The position numbers were made by a program, and so were the translations under genes. A stretch of 64,000 nt of DNA, taken from Callorhinchus milii. Its lineage: Eukaryota. The DNA is taken from assembly GCF_018977255.1 (NCBI RefSeq), contig NW_024704742.1, positions 1,676,001 through 1,740,000 on the forward strand. Reading direction: 5' to 3'. The notes beneath the pieces were generated by a model. The model was not told where the DNA came from. It worked only from the letters and a program-made list of their open reading frames with translations, and did not search any database. Below, piece after piece: positions 1 through 13,838 of the stretch; positions within the stretch are counted from its first letter, which is position 1, and every line of letters begins with the position of its first letter.

Positions 1-504
1 TGGTTATCGTGTAGAGCTATTAATCGGGCTGGAGAGAATGAAAACGACTGGGGAAAGAACTCGAAATGGTCCCAAGGCCGTATTGTGGTTTGCGGCCCCA
101 GCTCAGCTTGNTTTTTATCTGCCGATCCATTTATAGCAGTGATTTATTAATGCTTTCCTGATGTGGTTTCACATCACAGACCCTGATCTGTTTGATAATC
201 GTTGCACTTATTTGCAATTGTGCTTTGATCTATCCACATTCCTGTGTAAAAGCTTTAAGTTAAACCCTAATAGTAAAGCCAGTTTACACTAACCATCGTT
301 TGGTTCAGGTCTGTAGCGGTACCAATTGTTATACCCATTCAATGGATGGTAAAATACAGCCTGACTTTAAACTTACCTTTATTTAAAACAATATCCAGGA
401 TTTTGACTTTAACGCACAAAGAAAAATGTGATGAGAGAAAACTGGATTCCTAAAATTAAATTCTGAGTCACCAACTCTGTAGCCCTTGTCCTTTCCCACA
501 CTAG

Positions 505-921
505 GCTCCGTGGGCTTATCAGCCCCATCCTAGTCTGTCTTCACTGGCTCCCCACCCTCCAGAGGATAGAGTTCAAGACCCTCACTTTTAAATCCCTTCA
601 CCCTCTTGCCCCACTGTACCTCTGTGACCTTCTTAAACCCTAACAACTCACCTGCTGCCTACTTTCAGCTGATCTGCCCCCAACTCTATGGAGCTCTATC
701 CCATAGTCCCTCACCTCGCTCCTTCCGTCATCTCCTTCAAGTCTGGCTCAAGACTGTTATTCTTTCTTTACGTCTCCAGTCATCTTCCCAGTCCCCCCAT
801 TTTCCTTGCCCCCCCCCCCCAATCTAATCCCCACCTCGGGAGCAACCTCTGGAATGTCAAGCACCTTGGGACGTCCTCCGAAGTGAGAGGGGGTCTATAA
901 AGGCAATTTGTTGTGCTTGTT
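505..921 (+). mobile_element. L2-clade LINE 3' fragment
   Basis: Degenerate PIL..LHWLP..QRIEFK-type ORF2 C-terminal coding sequence, C-rich 3' UTR, and terminus GGGACGTCCTCC...TTGTTG. Confidence 0.7.
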
Positions 922-2734
922 ATGAGCACCAGAACTCTCCAGTGATTCCAAGTGAACAACACAGAACAATCTCGCCCCTTCCCTCCCCTCCTTCAAGGTC
1001 CATCTCAAGACTTTCCTCTTTGACCGTATCTTTGGTCGTCTTAATATATTCTTGTTTAAAAAAACAAATTTTAATTCATGACCAAAAATTCCGCCTGAGT
1101 CTAGTGTTACTCTGTTAATGTAGCATTTACGATCAGCCAGAATTTGGCAATTTCTTAAATACTTATTTGTCTTTATTTTGAAGCTTTTTTTTAAATGTTC
1201 TTCAGAAAAAAAGGCTCGACAGTTTAGACTGAATTTAATCATTTGACAAATTCAAGTATGTAAAATAGTTCTAAATAGAGTCAGTCTAAACCCAGTGGAA
1301 TTGCACCCCCATCAGTCTTTAATTGGTAACCATTTTTTTCTAAAAAGATCATAGTTCTTTCAAGGTTACATCTGAAGTGTCTATTCAATGTTGAGAAGCA
1401 CTAACTAGCATTACTTGTCAGTTTCATAGCTCATCTTAAAATCCGCAGAAAGCCAGCCTTCAAATTAAGACTGAATTTAAGTACGCTGTAAAATTCTGTG
1501 CGATCTTAAATTATAAGACTTATGGTCTTTTGGCTAAGATCCGGGCCTCTGGTTCTTAAATAATAAATGTTAAATTATATTTTTTAAATACAGCTCTAAC
1601 AAATAGAAAGCGTGGTCTCGGATCTTTTGCATTGAATATTCGAGAGGCCAGATTGAATAAGAAATGGCAGCATTAATTAACCCCCAACTGTGCCTCATCT
1701 GGCTTAAATTCTGCACATGCTGTTGGCTGCTCCAGCACGAGAGTGCAGACGGTCTGGGAATGAGAAGGCCAGTGATTTGCAGCCTTGTCAGGGTGAATTA
1801 GAGGATTGATCTGGACCCAGAAAAGCCAATTGGCATTTTATCAAATGCTCAGTTTGAGTTGAAACCTGGTACAAGTTAAGATCCAGTTGTAACGCATTGT
1901 GCAATGGTATGCTTGGGTGTTTTTCTTTGGTCAGAGTTCCTCGGACTAGACTGGACACTTTTGGTGTAATCTTCTTGAGTACTCAAAATGAATAACAATA
2001 TTTATTTGGAAAGGCCAGAGACTGACTAATCTCCTACGACTGGCGACTGGTTTACGATTTAACAATGCACCTTCTCTATTACAAACTGATATAATTATTT
2101 GTCTGAGTCCCCCATATAAATTGCTGATTTGTAACCGCTTGTCTGTGCTTATTGTGTACAGTCCAGATCACAGACCGGCTGTGAGAGACAGTGCAGAAGA
2201 GAGCAACAAGGATGATCCTGGTATTAGATGGATGAGCTTTGAGGACCAAGTTGATAAACTAACTCCCTTCAATCTTACAGAAGGCAATGTCTCAGAGGAG
2301 ATGTGTGAATCACTCAATGGGGTAGAGAAAGTAAACCGAGAATGATACTTACAACTATGCTAAAGCAACAGTACAAGAGGGCATAAATTAAGGATTATGA
2401 AGGGCAATTTGGGGACAGATGCCTGGAAGTATTTATTTACAGAGAGTGATCAACAGCCGAAAGATGGTGGAGGTTAGTTTGCTGGGCTCATTTAATAAGC
2501 TTTGAGCTGAATTGGGTTGAAGATGAGGGTGGGTATAACTGGGATGATGAGATCACACGAGCAAAGAGGCTTCTGCATCCAAACCTCTGCTATCTAGACT
2601 AGTTGTGGACGACTGTATCCCAAAGCTCCTATCTTCATTCTTGATCTTATCTGATATTTACTTAGCTTTCAAAAAAAAACATTTGACATTCTATTAATTC
2701 CTGATGGTGGTCATTCTACAGCATTTCTGAATGC

Positions 2735-3050
2735 TGCAAAACAGTGGTGCCATCCTTCAGATGACTGCCAGATAAGACGTTAAACCGAGGTCCTATCTGT
2801 CAGTTTAGATGGATGTTAAAAATCCTGTGGCACTCTTCGAAAAGAGAAGGAAATTTCTCCCGGTGTCCTGGTCAACAGTACCCCAAATAAAATTAGTCAT
2901 TCACTTCATGGTTATTTGGGGTGCATTGTCGTGTGCAAATTAGCTGCTATGTTTGTCTACAAAAATACACAGTTTCTACATTTAAATCCTGTGAAGTATT
3001 TGAGATATCCTCCCAACGTGACATATCAGGTTCATGGATTCTATTATTGT
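2735..3050 (+). mobile_element. SINE family B (Deu-like), 5'-truncated
   Basis: GATAAGACGTTAAACCGAGGTCC...CCCGGTGTCCTGGTCAAC plus tail. Further B fragments lie at about 15085-15250, 37935-38075, 39890-40110 and 53592-53805 (-). Confidence 0.75.
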
Positions 3051-4804
3051 TTCTGTACATAATTGGTGTGAATTCGTGTGGATTATTGTGTTTAGTTTTG
3101 GACACTAATTGGAGGAAGAATACACTAACTTCAGAGGGTATTCACTGACAATTCATTGTGATAGTATGTGGGGGCAAAGGGGTTAAGCTACAATGAGAGG
3201 TTGGGTAAATTTGGGTCATATTCTCCAGGGCTGAGGAACTAAAGGGCTGATTTATTGAGATGTTTAAAATATTGATAAGAATTGACAAGCGAGATTGGGG
3301 ATTATTGGAATCTTTACAGAAGCGCATCATGTTTAAAATTGGAGCTAAATTGGCTCTATGTGAAATCCGAATATGATTTCTCACCCAATTATGGCACGGA
3401 AGTTGAATCCACTGCCACAGAAAGTCACAGATCCGCTAATTAATTGGGATGTTAGGTAGAGCGATAGAGAGAGGAGAAAGTTAGATAGATAATAAGAGTT
3501 TCAAAGGATGTAGGAAATTGTGGGGAACTGGGTTTCAAGGATCTGCCATGATCTGATAATATAGAAATTTAGTTTTGTTTGGCTAAATAGCCTATTCCTG
3601 TTCCTATCAACTTGCAATCCAGAAATCTATCTGATGTTTAGTCTTACTTGACGCTTGGCAATTTCAGATTGGAGTCCTCTGGGTCTGTGATCTCAGGACA
3701 GTAACCTCCGGCAATGTAATGTGGCGTGTCCTTTGACTACAATGGGTTAAAGCAAATATACAGTGAATCCGCTTTACAATATATTTGCAGTATATTCTGT
3801 GAAGTGCTTTGAAATGTCCCAACGACGTGATATATCAAGTGCAAGGATTATTAATTATTATTATTATCAAAATGACTGGCCTTGTCCTATAATCCAGTGC
3901 CGTTGAGTGGCTGCTTTGGAGGGAATTGTCATAAATCACACGAAAATATTTTTTCCTTTCATGTCAGCAAATCTGCGTGCATTCTCACTGTCCACTCTTT
4001 CCTATTCCGTTGGTTCCCTTAAAGTCATTTCTGCTTGAATTCCATCCAGCCAGGAACAGATTAGTTGAATAATTTACATTTGTCAAGCGGATACACTCCC
4101 AATAGCAACGTAAGGTGACCTTGATGCCTCTGTGTACACAGATCTTGTCACCACATCAGTCCAAATTTTCTCTAATTACACATTGCGCTGAAAAATAATT
4201 CCTGTCAGGGCGCCTTGAAACCCACTTCACGGCAGCTTGAATGAATTTGAATAGCATCTGCCCTGTATTTGTATGCATGATCAATCCAATTGCTACAGCA
4301 GAATTAATATGTAATCCTTTGAAGATGACAGTAGAATTAAAGGGGTTGCAGGGTTAAAAGGTTTGCCTCTAGGTATTTGTCCATACATGTGGGGAGATTT
4401 CTTACAGTGACTGCACTCAGTTTGGGTCTTAAAGGAACAACGAATCCCTCTGATTCTGGAAAGAGCTTTTGCGATATTCTGGGGAAAGAAATTCTTTGCA
4501 GAGAATTGCCCACAGCCACAGGCGGCTTCAAGATTTGGACCGAATTCAGTTGGCGAAATTTTTCACACTCTGAAATAATAATAATAATAATACTCTTTGC
4601 ATTCGATATAGTGACTTTCTGCTTNAAAAAATATTGTGAATTTAGACCCAGGAAGAATTTCTCGCCTCCTGTGTTGTTAAAAATCGAAGCAGCGACTCAC
4701 CAAGTATTGGTAGTTGATATTGCTATCATTGTCGGACAGTCTTTTTCCTTCCATCAACTAAGGTGTTAATTTTTCTTTTTGTATGGAATTATTTCAGGTG
4801 AACT

Positions 4805-5152
4805 TTAATATAATACTAATCCTTGCATTTGATATTAGCGCCTTATCAAGTAATTGAGTAGTCTCAAAGCACTTCACTGCGTGTATATATATGTGTGTAT
4901 ATATATTAAAGTGGATTGACTTTGTATTTGTGTCCCACAAACAGTGGATTGAGTGACCAAAATTATTTATTTTTGGAGGGATTATTAAAGCACTCACACA
5001 ATCGACGAACGACCGGATTGCTCCTTAACTGCTAGATAAACAGAGGCAAGTGGAGTAAGGAAACCTGCCTAAGGTTTTGTCCCGTCTGGGAATCGAACCC
5101 AGGTCCTCTTGCTTGCGGGGCGAACGAGCCATCCACTACACTGTGAGACTCC
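4805..5152 (-). mobile_element. SINE family A, long form, diverged
   Basis: Head, CORE-like body and tail recognisable on the minus strand. Confidence 0.75.
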
Positions 5153-8100
5153 AGAATGGATTTGATGCTCCTTGGGGATAACGGATAACAGTGGCTGGGA
5201 GAGTGCAACACATTTTTTTTTTTATTTTCCATCAGAGTAAATGCTGCGTTTATACCGCTGGAAGCGTTGTATTTGCGAGACGCTTAATGGTTTAGCTGAT
5301 CAAGATTGATTTTACGTTCGGTGTCTTTTTAAAAAAAAGAAATAACCCGCAGCAAGTTGCCTTTCCAATGCTGTTGATTTTTTGCACACAAAAACACTTA
5401 CTCATTCGGAGGATCGAGATGTCAAATTTAAATGAGACAAAGAACCCAAAGCGGACAAGTCAGCGGTATCTTTCCTGAGCCTGTGTCGATTTTTTACGAA
5501 GGGTTGATCGCGATCAATATGCCATGCTACAGGCTGTAACAAATAACACCTTGGAAACCAAACTGCCCGGAACATGCAGTAACCAGCCATTGCAAAGAAA
5601 AAGAACTGAACGGGATGCCCCAGCGACCTGACTCATTTCTTCTGGTCCACAGTTATCAAGTGAGAACCCGCCAGAAATTGATAGTTTCACGAGCCGGAAA
5701 GCTAATGCGGTTCACTTCCAATGTAATCAGCCATTTTAGCGCAAAATGTAATTTTGCACCGGAGCAAGCAGTATAATATCCTCTTTCCATCTCACAGATG
5801 TCCTTCACTTTTCTTTCCTCCTCCCCATAGAAATGTAGAACCGTAGACATGTGCAGCGCAGAAGGCAATTCAGCCCGTCAGGTCTGTGCAGGCTGGTTTG
5901 AAGGGCATTCCCTTCAGTCACATTTACAATAACAACAACAACAAAATTAACATTTGTGTAAGCGCCTTTCAAGTCCTGCCCGTTCCCCGTCCCTTGAGGC
6001 TCTCCGCTACTTCAATCTTTCTAGAGCAAAGCTCTATGAGTACCGCTCAGTCTCTGTGGTACCTCAGAACTGGAATGTCGTCCACAAAATGCACAGTCAA
6101 TTCACGTTACACTCTATGTATCGTCTGTGAAGCGCTTTGAGGAGTCTCAACGACGTGATAAGACGCTATATCAAATGCAAGGATTATTATTACCTTAGTC
6201 ACCAAATACATTGTTCACGTGTGAGCCTTGATCATGAATGTCAGGAGGCCTGGGTACTGAAGGAGGGAGTAATCTAACTGAACCTGATCCTCATTCCCCA
6301 CTCGGGGACTGGATCCTGGCTATTTTGTTTGCCTTCCCTAATCTGGATGTCGATGCCAAGTGTGAAGTTCATAGCCCTGCTTTTTTTCCAATCACCCACT
6401 GAACACAGACTACAAATGAAACCTGCTTTACGTTCCTCAGCTACTGTCTGAATAAACCGGCTCAGGCCACTCTCTCCGAATAAACTCATTCAATTACTTA
6501 AATTATCAACTGCTAAACACAATTGAACAATGTGCTAAGAGCCTCCTGCGATCTGGAGGATGGTGCAACAATCTCGTTGGAGAATCTGAGTTGACTGCGA
6601 TTCAATTATTTCCATTGAGAAGGAAACTGAGCTGTTGTAATTGGAATTTCTGTCTGCCTGCGACTGAGATAACTTCAGCAATCTTTGGCAGATTTCATGC
6701 AAACAGTACAAGGGTTCAAGGAGTCAATATCACTGATGAATTTCACGCTTAAGATCTGATCGTTTGATAATGCTCGATAAGAGGGGGCTTTACTGAGTGG
6801 CCAAGGGGATGATAAGCCTGTTGTTTGCCAGTAAAATGCTCTTTACTGTCAGTGTACGGGATTGTAATTCTCCCCTCCCCAAATTACTGTTCCCAAATCG
6901 ATATGTTAAAATTGGGCAATAATAATAATATTTGCATTTATAGTGGGAGATTATATATATATGTCTGTGTGTGTATGTATATATATATATACACATGGCC
7001 ACGCAGAGGTATATATAAAACACATCTTTGGTTGAAATCAAAGTAGATCTCTGTATATTTCAGCAGCAACAACAAATTTTAAATTTATATGGCTTCCTTT
7101 CGTGTCAGAAGGACGTCCCCAAGGTAACCCGGACGATCCAGGATCTGTAGCTGAGCTGGGGATGGGGCGAGCAGGGAAAGATGACCGAAAGAACGGTTAA
7201 AGAAACGGTCTTACGAGGGAGGCCTGGGTGGGGCCGAGCAATAGGAAGTCCAGGACGGAGTACCAGAGAGTGGGGGCAGACAGGCCGAAGTCGGATGGTG
7301 GGGCAGGAGGTAGGTGGGTGGGGGGATGTGAGACAGTTTTAGGCTCTAATATATACTCTTTCTCTTCATTTTTCCCAGTAGTCACTGTTCTAACTTCTGT
7401 TAACGCAGTTCAGCCGTTCCCTGAACACCGGCACCCAGTTCTGTTACGTATTCACACGATGGTCGGGGAAAGTGACAGAAATGTTTGGAAATAAAAGAGT
7501 TCAGATGCTAGCTATCTGCAAACACACGCAGAACGTCAGGACTGTGCGACTGAGCAGTGCCAGAATTTCACATCTTTTCGCAGCTCTCTCACTCGCATTC
7601 ACTGTCTTCCTCCACCACACCTCGCAGCGTTTCGCAATCTGCTTACGAAACATCAGCTGTTCGAAACTTGCAATGCTTTTGCGTTCACATCTTTTTCCCA
7701 AGGTCTTTTTTTTCTCCCCACCTTTGTTTCGTCCTATTCCTCTCTCCGTTCCCATAAAGGGTCCTCAAGACCGCCACCGCTTAGAGTTTTCAGTACCGAT
7801 GAAAAGTCTCACTTCAAACTCTGTCTCCGAGTTCAGTCTTTGAGATGCTGATCTGTGCTGTGTGTGGATTTCTGGGATTTGTGCTTTTTTTTTGTACACA
7901 GTAGAAGTTCGATGCTATCATCAAAGTTGTGGTACACCCCAAGCAAGTCCAGCATTATGTATGTACCCCACTGTGCTGAAGAGTCAGGAAAAATAGGGAA
8001 ATTGCTTTGATTAGATCCTGAGATAGCACCTTAATAGAATGAACTGGACAGCCTCTGTCATTTCTACCACGTTGTTGTATTAGGTAGAATGACGCAGAAT

Positions 8101-8537
8101 CCAGAGCACCGAAACAGGACATCTGGCACAACAGCTCTGTGCCGATGTTTAATCTCCGCACGAGGTCCTACCACTTTGTTCCTTTCTCCCTCATCTAAAA
8201 TGTTTCTGCGCTTGTTTACTGTGAATGCGAAGATCACAATTTTGCAGGTAGATTTTAAGCTCCGCTGCCTGTTTTTGGTATCTTTGGCAACTGACATCAG
8301 ATGACGTATCCATTGAAAGCGAAGACGTCTTGAGCACTTAAGTGAATAAAACGCTAACTATTGTTAACAAGTTTGCAGGGTTTAAAAGCGCCATTGGGTA
8401 AAGGAATTAACAGATCTCATTCCAAAATTTTTTTTGCGAGTTATAAGAGAATTACATTAAATTACATTTAATTATCATTTCACCTCATGGTTGTTTGTCG
8501 CCAGAAATCTGGAATAAACCACTTAAAGAAGTGTTAG

Positions 8538-8657
8538 GTGTTTCGTTCACAAAATATACAGTCAATTCACTTTACAGTTGATTCTGTGAAGCGCTTTGAG
8601 ACGTCTCAATGACGTGATAAGGAGCTATAATCAAATGCAGTGATTATTATTATTATA
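8538..8657 (+). mobile_element. SINE 3' tail fragment
   Basis: CAGTCAATTCACTTTACAG...GTGAAGCGCTTTGAGACGTC...(TTA)n. Similar fragments occur at about 3770-3867, 6080-6192, 16990-17088 (-), 59375-59479 and 60850-60982 (-). Confidence 0.8.
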
Positions 8658-9009
8658 ACCTATTGATGAGACATGAGAAAAGTTATAGATTCCTTGGGTA
8701 TTTACCACACAGATATAGTGGTTTGACATCTGAAATGAAATGAAATGAAATGAGATGGAGCCAATACAAAAGCAAGAGTGTGGTATTTGCAATTCCTTAA
8801 TAATTTGCAATATTAAAAATACATCATAAATTTCACCCGTACCATTTTTGCGTAGTTTCTAGAAGCCAATGTCATGCCTGATGATGCTTGGGACATTGTT
8901 TCCAGTGCAAAAACTGCTCTGAATTTGCTATGATCTGAAACTTCTGTGACTTTCTGACCTGCTTTTCTCTCTGCTTCATTGGACTATCCAGAACTCTGCA
9001 GGTAGCTCC

Positions 9010-9592
9010 GTGACGAAGCTCCGTGAGCCTCTCACCCCTATCCTTGCTCGGCTTCACTGGTTCCCCATCCCGCAGTGGATCGGGGTCAAAATCCTCAACC
9101 TAACCATCGAATCCCTCCCTCCATGGCATTGGACCAGCCTACAGCAACAACAACAACAAATTACAGTCAGCGCCTTATACAATCAAGAGGACGTCCCAAA
9201 GTGCTGGACAGTCAAAAATGTGCATCCGAGCTGGGGTTTAGGATCAGGAGGGGTGGGGGACGGAGAAGGTGTGAGTAGGAGCCTTCCTCTGTGACCTCCT
9301 CAAACTTTAGCAATTTGTCCGCTCCCTCTGCTCAGCGGGCGCCAGCCTGTTTCACATCACCCACCCTATCTGTCCCACCATCAGCAGTCAGGCTTGCAGT
9401 ATATCTAGACCCTATCCTGGAGTCCCATCAACTTGCCCCATCCCTCTCCTTTAAGTTCCGCTTCAAGACCTCCTCTTTGACCGCCCCCCACAACCCCTCG
9501 CCCTCCCATCCTCAGCCCTTGGACTGTCCAGCACCTCGAGACGCCCTCCTGACACGAGACACACGATATAAATGTAAATGTTGCTTTCTCTA
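9010..9592 (+). mobile_element. L2-clade LINE 3' fragment interrupted by an antisense L2 tail (about 9141-9260)
   Basis: ORF 9010 encodes LTPILARLHWFPIPQWIGVKILNLTIESL, typical of the L2 ORF2 C-terminus. A (CAA)n-led antisense terminus is nested inside. Confidence 0.75.
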
Positions 9593-12500
9593 AGTGCTTT
9601 CTAAACGTGAAGACAAGCAAGAGGGGAGTTTCCCTGTGGACGCGTTTGTGGCACAAAACCATATTCACCTTAACAAAGTGTGCCACTGCGCGTGGCCTGT
9701 TAAGTGCAAGTAATTCACGTGCCACTTTCTGATGAGCGTACAGTTGTTTACTCGCTGCCTGCGATGGCACGCTGCAGATGGTCTCCCTGAGCTGAAACAC
9801 GAAACCCACGCAAACCGAAGGAGAACAGGGCTTCAAAGAAGTATTGCTTCCTTGGGTTCAGGTGATCTGGCTCCTTTGTAGTTCGCGATCACTTGTGGGT
9901 GCCTCACCTGACTTGGTGTTAGTAGATTTTCTGGTGCTCGAAGGCAATGCAGAACGAAACAGCGATAGGCCAGAGCCATCAAGCGCTTCTCTAACATCAG
10001 CACTCTCTGGAGCTTCATGAGCACACACTTTGATTGCGCACATCGCCTGCTCTCCGCAGCAACGGATTAGCTGCGCTTCCCGGGTGATATTAAAACCCTT
10101 TCGAAACCGCAGAGAATTCCATGAAGTTGGAGGAACGGGCCCGGCTCCCTTTTTGATGCGATTTGCGAAGAAAGGGCTAAGCACTTGGATTAGCAAAGCT
10201 GCCGGAGAATTGGATTGTGCGTTTCACTCGTCTTAATCCGAGAATCGAAAGAAAAGGGACCGAAAGTATGAGCACAAATTGGCAGCGACGTGCTACACTT
10301 AGTAGCTAATTTAAATAATTAGTTAACCAAATACGTAAAATAATGAGCTTACGCATGAAGCGATTATGACAGGCTATTGGTATGGTTGGGTTGGTGGGGG
10401 AGGGAGTGGGGGGGGGGTGGTTTGTGGGTGGGCGTGAAGGACTACATGTGGGTGGTAACTGCAACAATACCACCCACATGTTGTCCTCTGGGGAATCTTG
10501 GATCCCCCGGCCATTCTGCACTACATTACAGCAGCGTCTCCCTGTACTCTGTCCCATCAGAAAGTTAGGTGCATCGCGATGCTCATCTCGACGCGGGACA
10601 TATTTACGCACAATTCCTGATGCTTCCCAGCACTGGCGGCTGCGTGAAGTTAAATGGAAAGCACAAGTAAATGGAATGCGCGGAATTAATCCTATTATAG
10701 GATTGTGTGCACTAGAGCCTATTAAATCTCTTGGCGGTCCAAAAATGAAAGCGCTGGAGGCTTGCCATGTGTGCGATCCTGTGGTGTCGAGCGCGAGATA
10801 TTTATGACTCCTGACGGCGGTCGTGGAACACTCTGTGTTCCATTTTAACGACGTACACTATTAATTTTCCAAAGGATAGCAGTGCGTGCCAAGCCGCGTC
10901 TCAAGTTCATTCCCCAGTGTTTACTAACTAAGTGATAGAACCGTTATAGCTCGTAGATAAGAAGGTAGGGACAAGAGAGAGCTATCATTCGGGTCCGCGT
11001 TCGCAAGTAAACGATGTTGAGTTGCGCCGTTGTTCTCCGAACCGGCGCTGAAATGCTGGGAGCGTGTGGAGGCAGTTCACAGGTGCCGCTGGCCCAGTCA
11101 CTGCTGTGAGAATGTTTGAACGCAACCGTAAGACATCAGACATAGCTGGAAAGGGGGCAGAGGGATGGCGTTCACTGTCGCCGACTGGGACGTTGCCAGT
11201 CGTGGAATGTCTTAGGAAAATGATCATCTAATCGCACGTAATAATAATCCTTGCATTTGATGTAGCGCTTTATTATGTCACTGCGACCCACACCTTTCAC
11301 ATCACGTTATTCGCTTCTCTGTTTGGATGGACCTCGTTGTGGCAGCGTTAACTGCTTTCGTTGGGTGTCAGTTTCACATATCCCTGACGTTATCTGAATG
11401 TATGTGTGTGTGTATGTGTGTGTGCGCGAGAGACCTGTGCGAATAATCCTCATCTCTAGTTCTGCTCGAGGCTTGTTATTTATACACAGTAAACACCCGG
11501 TTTACCTGGACTCCGGGTATCCAGATTCCGTACCTATCCTGACTGGGCCCAAAACTCCCCTCCCCCCCCAAAAAAAAATGTTTATTGAGAAATTTCTACA
11601 GGTCCAAAAATATCTCGGGCCTACGAGTAGACTTCTGCTGACCCAACACTCCTCGTGGGTACCAACGTGATCGAATGGTTTCCCACTGCACTGTTCTTGC
11701 TCTGGAGTCTGATGTCCAAGTGGGTGAATAATTCCTTTTTGTATACAGCGGAAGAAATGCGTACGCATTCCTGGGAAAACGACAGCAAACGCCATTACCG
11801 GCCTTTATGGCACTGTATTTACATTTTCTTTTGTTGCATTGCCGGCATCGTAATTCCACGCAATTGCAAAATCCGACCCAGCCGGGCGACAAAACCTGTT
11901 CCCGATGTTTGTTACTCTATTTTGGGGCAAAAACTGACAAATTCCTGCGGTGGATCCAGCTTGTTATTGTGAAAAATATATTGTCGGACACCGGAAGCGG
12001 CTGCTGGCCATTATTCTTATTAACAAACAAGGTTTTTTTTATATAATGTGCAATGAGGGGATGCTATAATTGTCTCTCTTGTTATGTTCTTCCCTCTCTC
12101 CATGTCAGGGAACCTCTTGGCCATTGCAGGATGCCGCGACTGAAACCGGGACGTCGGTACTGCGTATTGGCAACTCGGTGCGTGTGCGTTTGCGTGTGTG
12201 TGTTTGCGTGTGTGTGTTTGTGTGTCTTCCCGACGTGAAAGGCGCCAAACAAATGTACTCTTGTTGTTGTTGTCGTTGTTTGTGTGTGGATTTACGTCCG
12301 GCCACTTGTAGCACCATATGTACAGCAGGCACTCCTATAGGAATGAAATGTCACGCCCCTGTTGCTTTAAAGGGCATTTTGTTGTCGTCGTTTTAGCAAC
12401 GCAGCTGACATTTGCAACAGAAGGTCGGACCGCTGATAAGGAAGGGCTGTTGAGCGGGGTTAGGTAACTCTGGCTGCGAGTTCTGGAGAGCACTCCTTCA

Positions 12501-12747
12501 ACCTGATGGGTAGGAAATCCGTACCAATCGTGGCGTGGGGATCTCATTCCACTTGGTTCCTGTCTGACGCGGGGAATTACTAATTCGACGTAAAAGTAAA
12601 CAGTCAACGAAGGAGTCTGTTGTGCGTTCGATCTCATATTTATTTGGTCCGTAATACAACGTTCCAGACCGTTCGCAGATAACCAATATAAAACTGGGCA
12701 CTCGTCACTTTGTTGTGTGAACAAAAAAGGCAGTCAGCTTGACGACA

Positions 12748-13100
12748 GTAATAATAATAATCCTTGCATTTGACACAGCGCCTGATCACATCTGCGAGAG
12801 TCTCAAAGCGCTTCACAGGATGTACCGTAAAGTGAATTGACCGTATATTTTGTGGGCGAAACGCGGCAGCCAATTGCGCACAGCAGCGTCCCCCACAGAC
12901 AGTCGTGGATTGAGTGACCGCAGTATCGTTATTTTTTTTGAAGGGATTATTACCCCCGGAAAAGCGATCCGCCAATCGACTAACAACCGGGTTCCTACTC
13001 ACTGCCGAGTAAACAGAGGAGTAAAGGAAACTCGCCCAATGTTTCACCCTGCCCGGGAATTGAACGCAGGTCCTGTTGCTTGTGAGGTGAGCCCTCCAAC
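12748..13100 (-). mobile_element. SINE family A, long form, near full length
   Basis: Reverse complement of the family A body and tail, with (TAA)n at the left end. Confidence 0.85.
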
Positions 13101-13616
13101 TACTGACAGGGTTCTTCCCCACATACACTCGCCTGTGCCCTGACCCACAACACATTAGAGATGTAAGACGGTAGCCTTGATAGGATAGGACAGGTTAAGC
13201 TGTCAGGTCCTATTAAGACCATTCGTGTTCCTTGTGATCTGGAAGATTGAGCTATTACCTCCCGAGGAGATGTCCTGCAGAACCGAAGCAGTCACTTGTC
13301 AATACAGACTTTTACTGCGAGCACTGGATGGGAATTATCTGTTGAAGGATTACGGTCGATGGAGACTGAATGCAACAGACCTCTTGCTCTGTCTATATAT
13401 GTATGTATGTATATATTTTTAGATATTCACAGGCTGCAGTTAGATTGCACTTGTCATGTTTAGCGGTATTTTTGTTTTACATTGGCTCTGTCTGATGTGT
13501 TCACAAGTACAGTCTAACACTCAAACTGCCGAGATGTACAGCAGCGAGTGTTTTCTTTGACGTGCTCCCGGTGCTGAACGTTCTGGTTGCAGGCACTTCT
13601 GAACATTGCGGGTAAT

Positions 13617-13838
13617 CGTTCCTTCAAAAAAAAAGAAAAATAATAATAATAATAATAATAATAGATTGGTCACAACTATTGGTGGGACACCGCTGTGCGC
13701 AATTGGCTGCCGCGTTTCGCCCACNAAAAAATATGCAGTCAATTCACTTTACAGTCTATTCTGAAGCGCTTTGAGACATTTCAAAGACCTAATAAGGCAC
13801 TATATCAATTGCAAGGATTATTATTTTGATTATTATTA
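13617..13838 (+). mobile_element. SINE family A, 3' portion
   Basis: GCGCAATTGGCTGCCGCGTTTCGCCCAC...GCAAGGATTATT. Confidence 0.8.

Noticed and set aside
1220..1480. Short direct and inverted repeats of AGACTGAATTTAA in an AT-rich block
   Set aside because: Short matches in low-complexity AT-rich DNA; no terminal inverted repeats or TSD could be defined.
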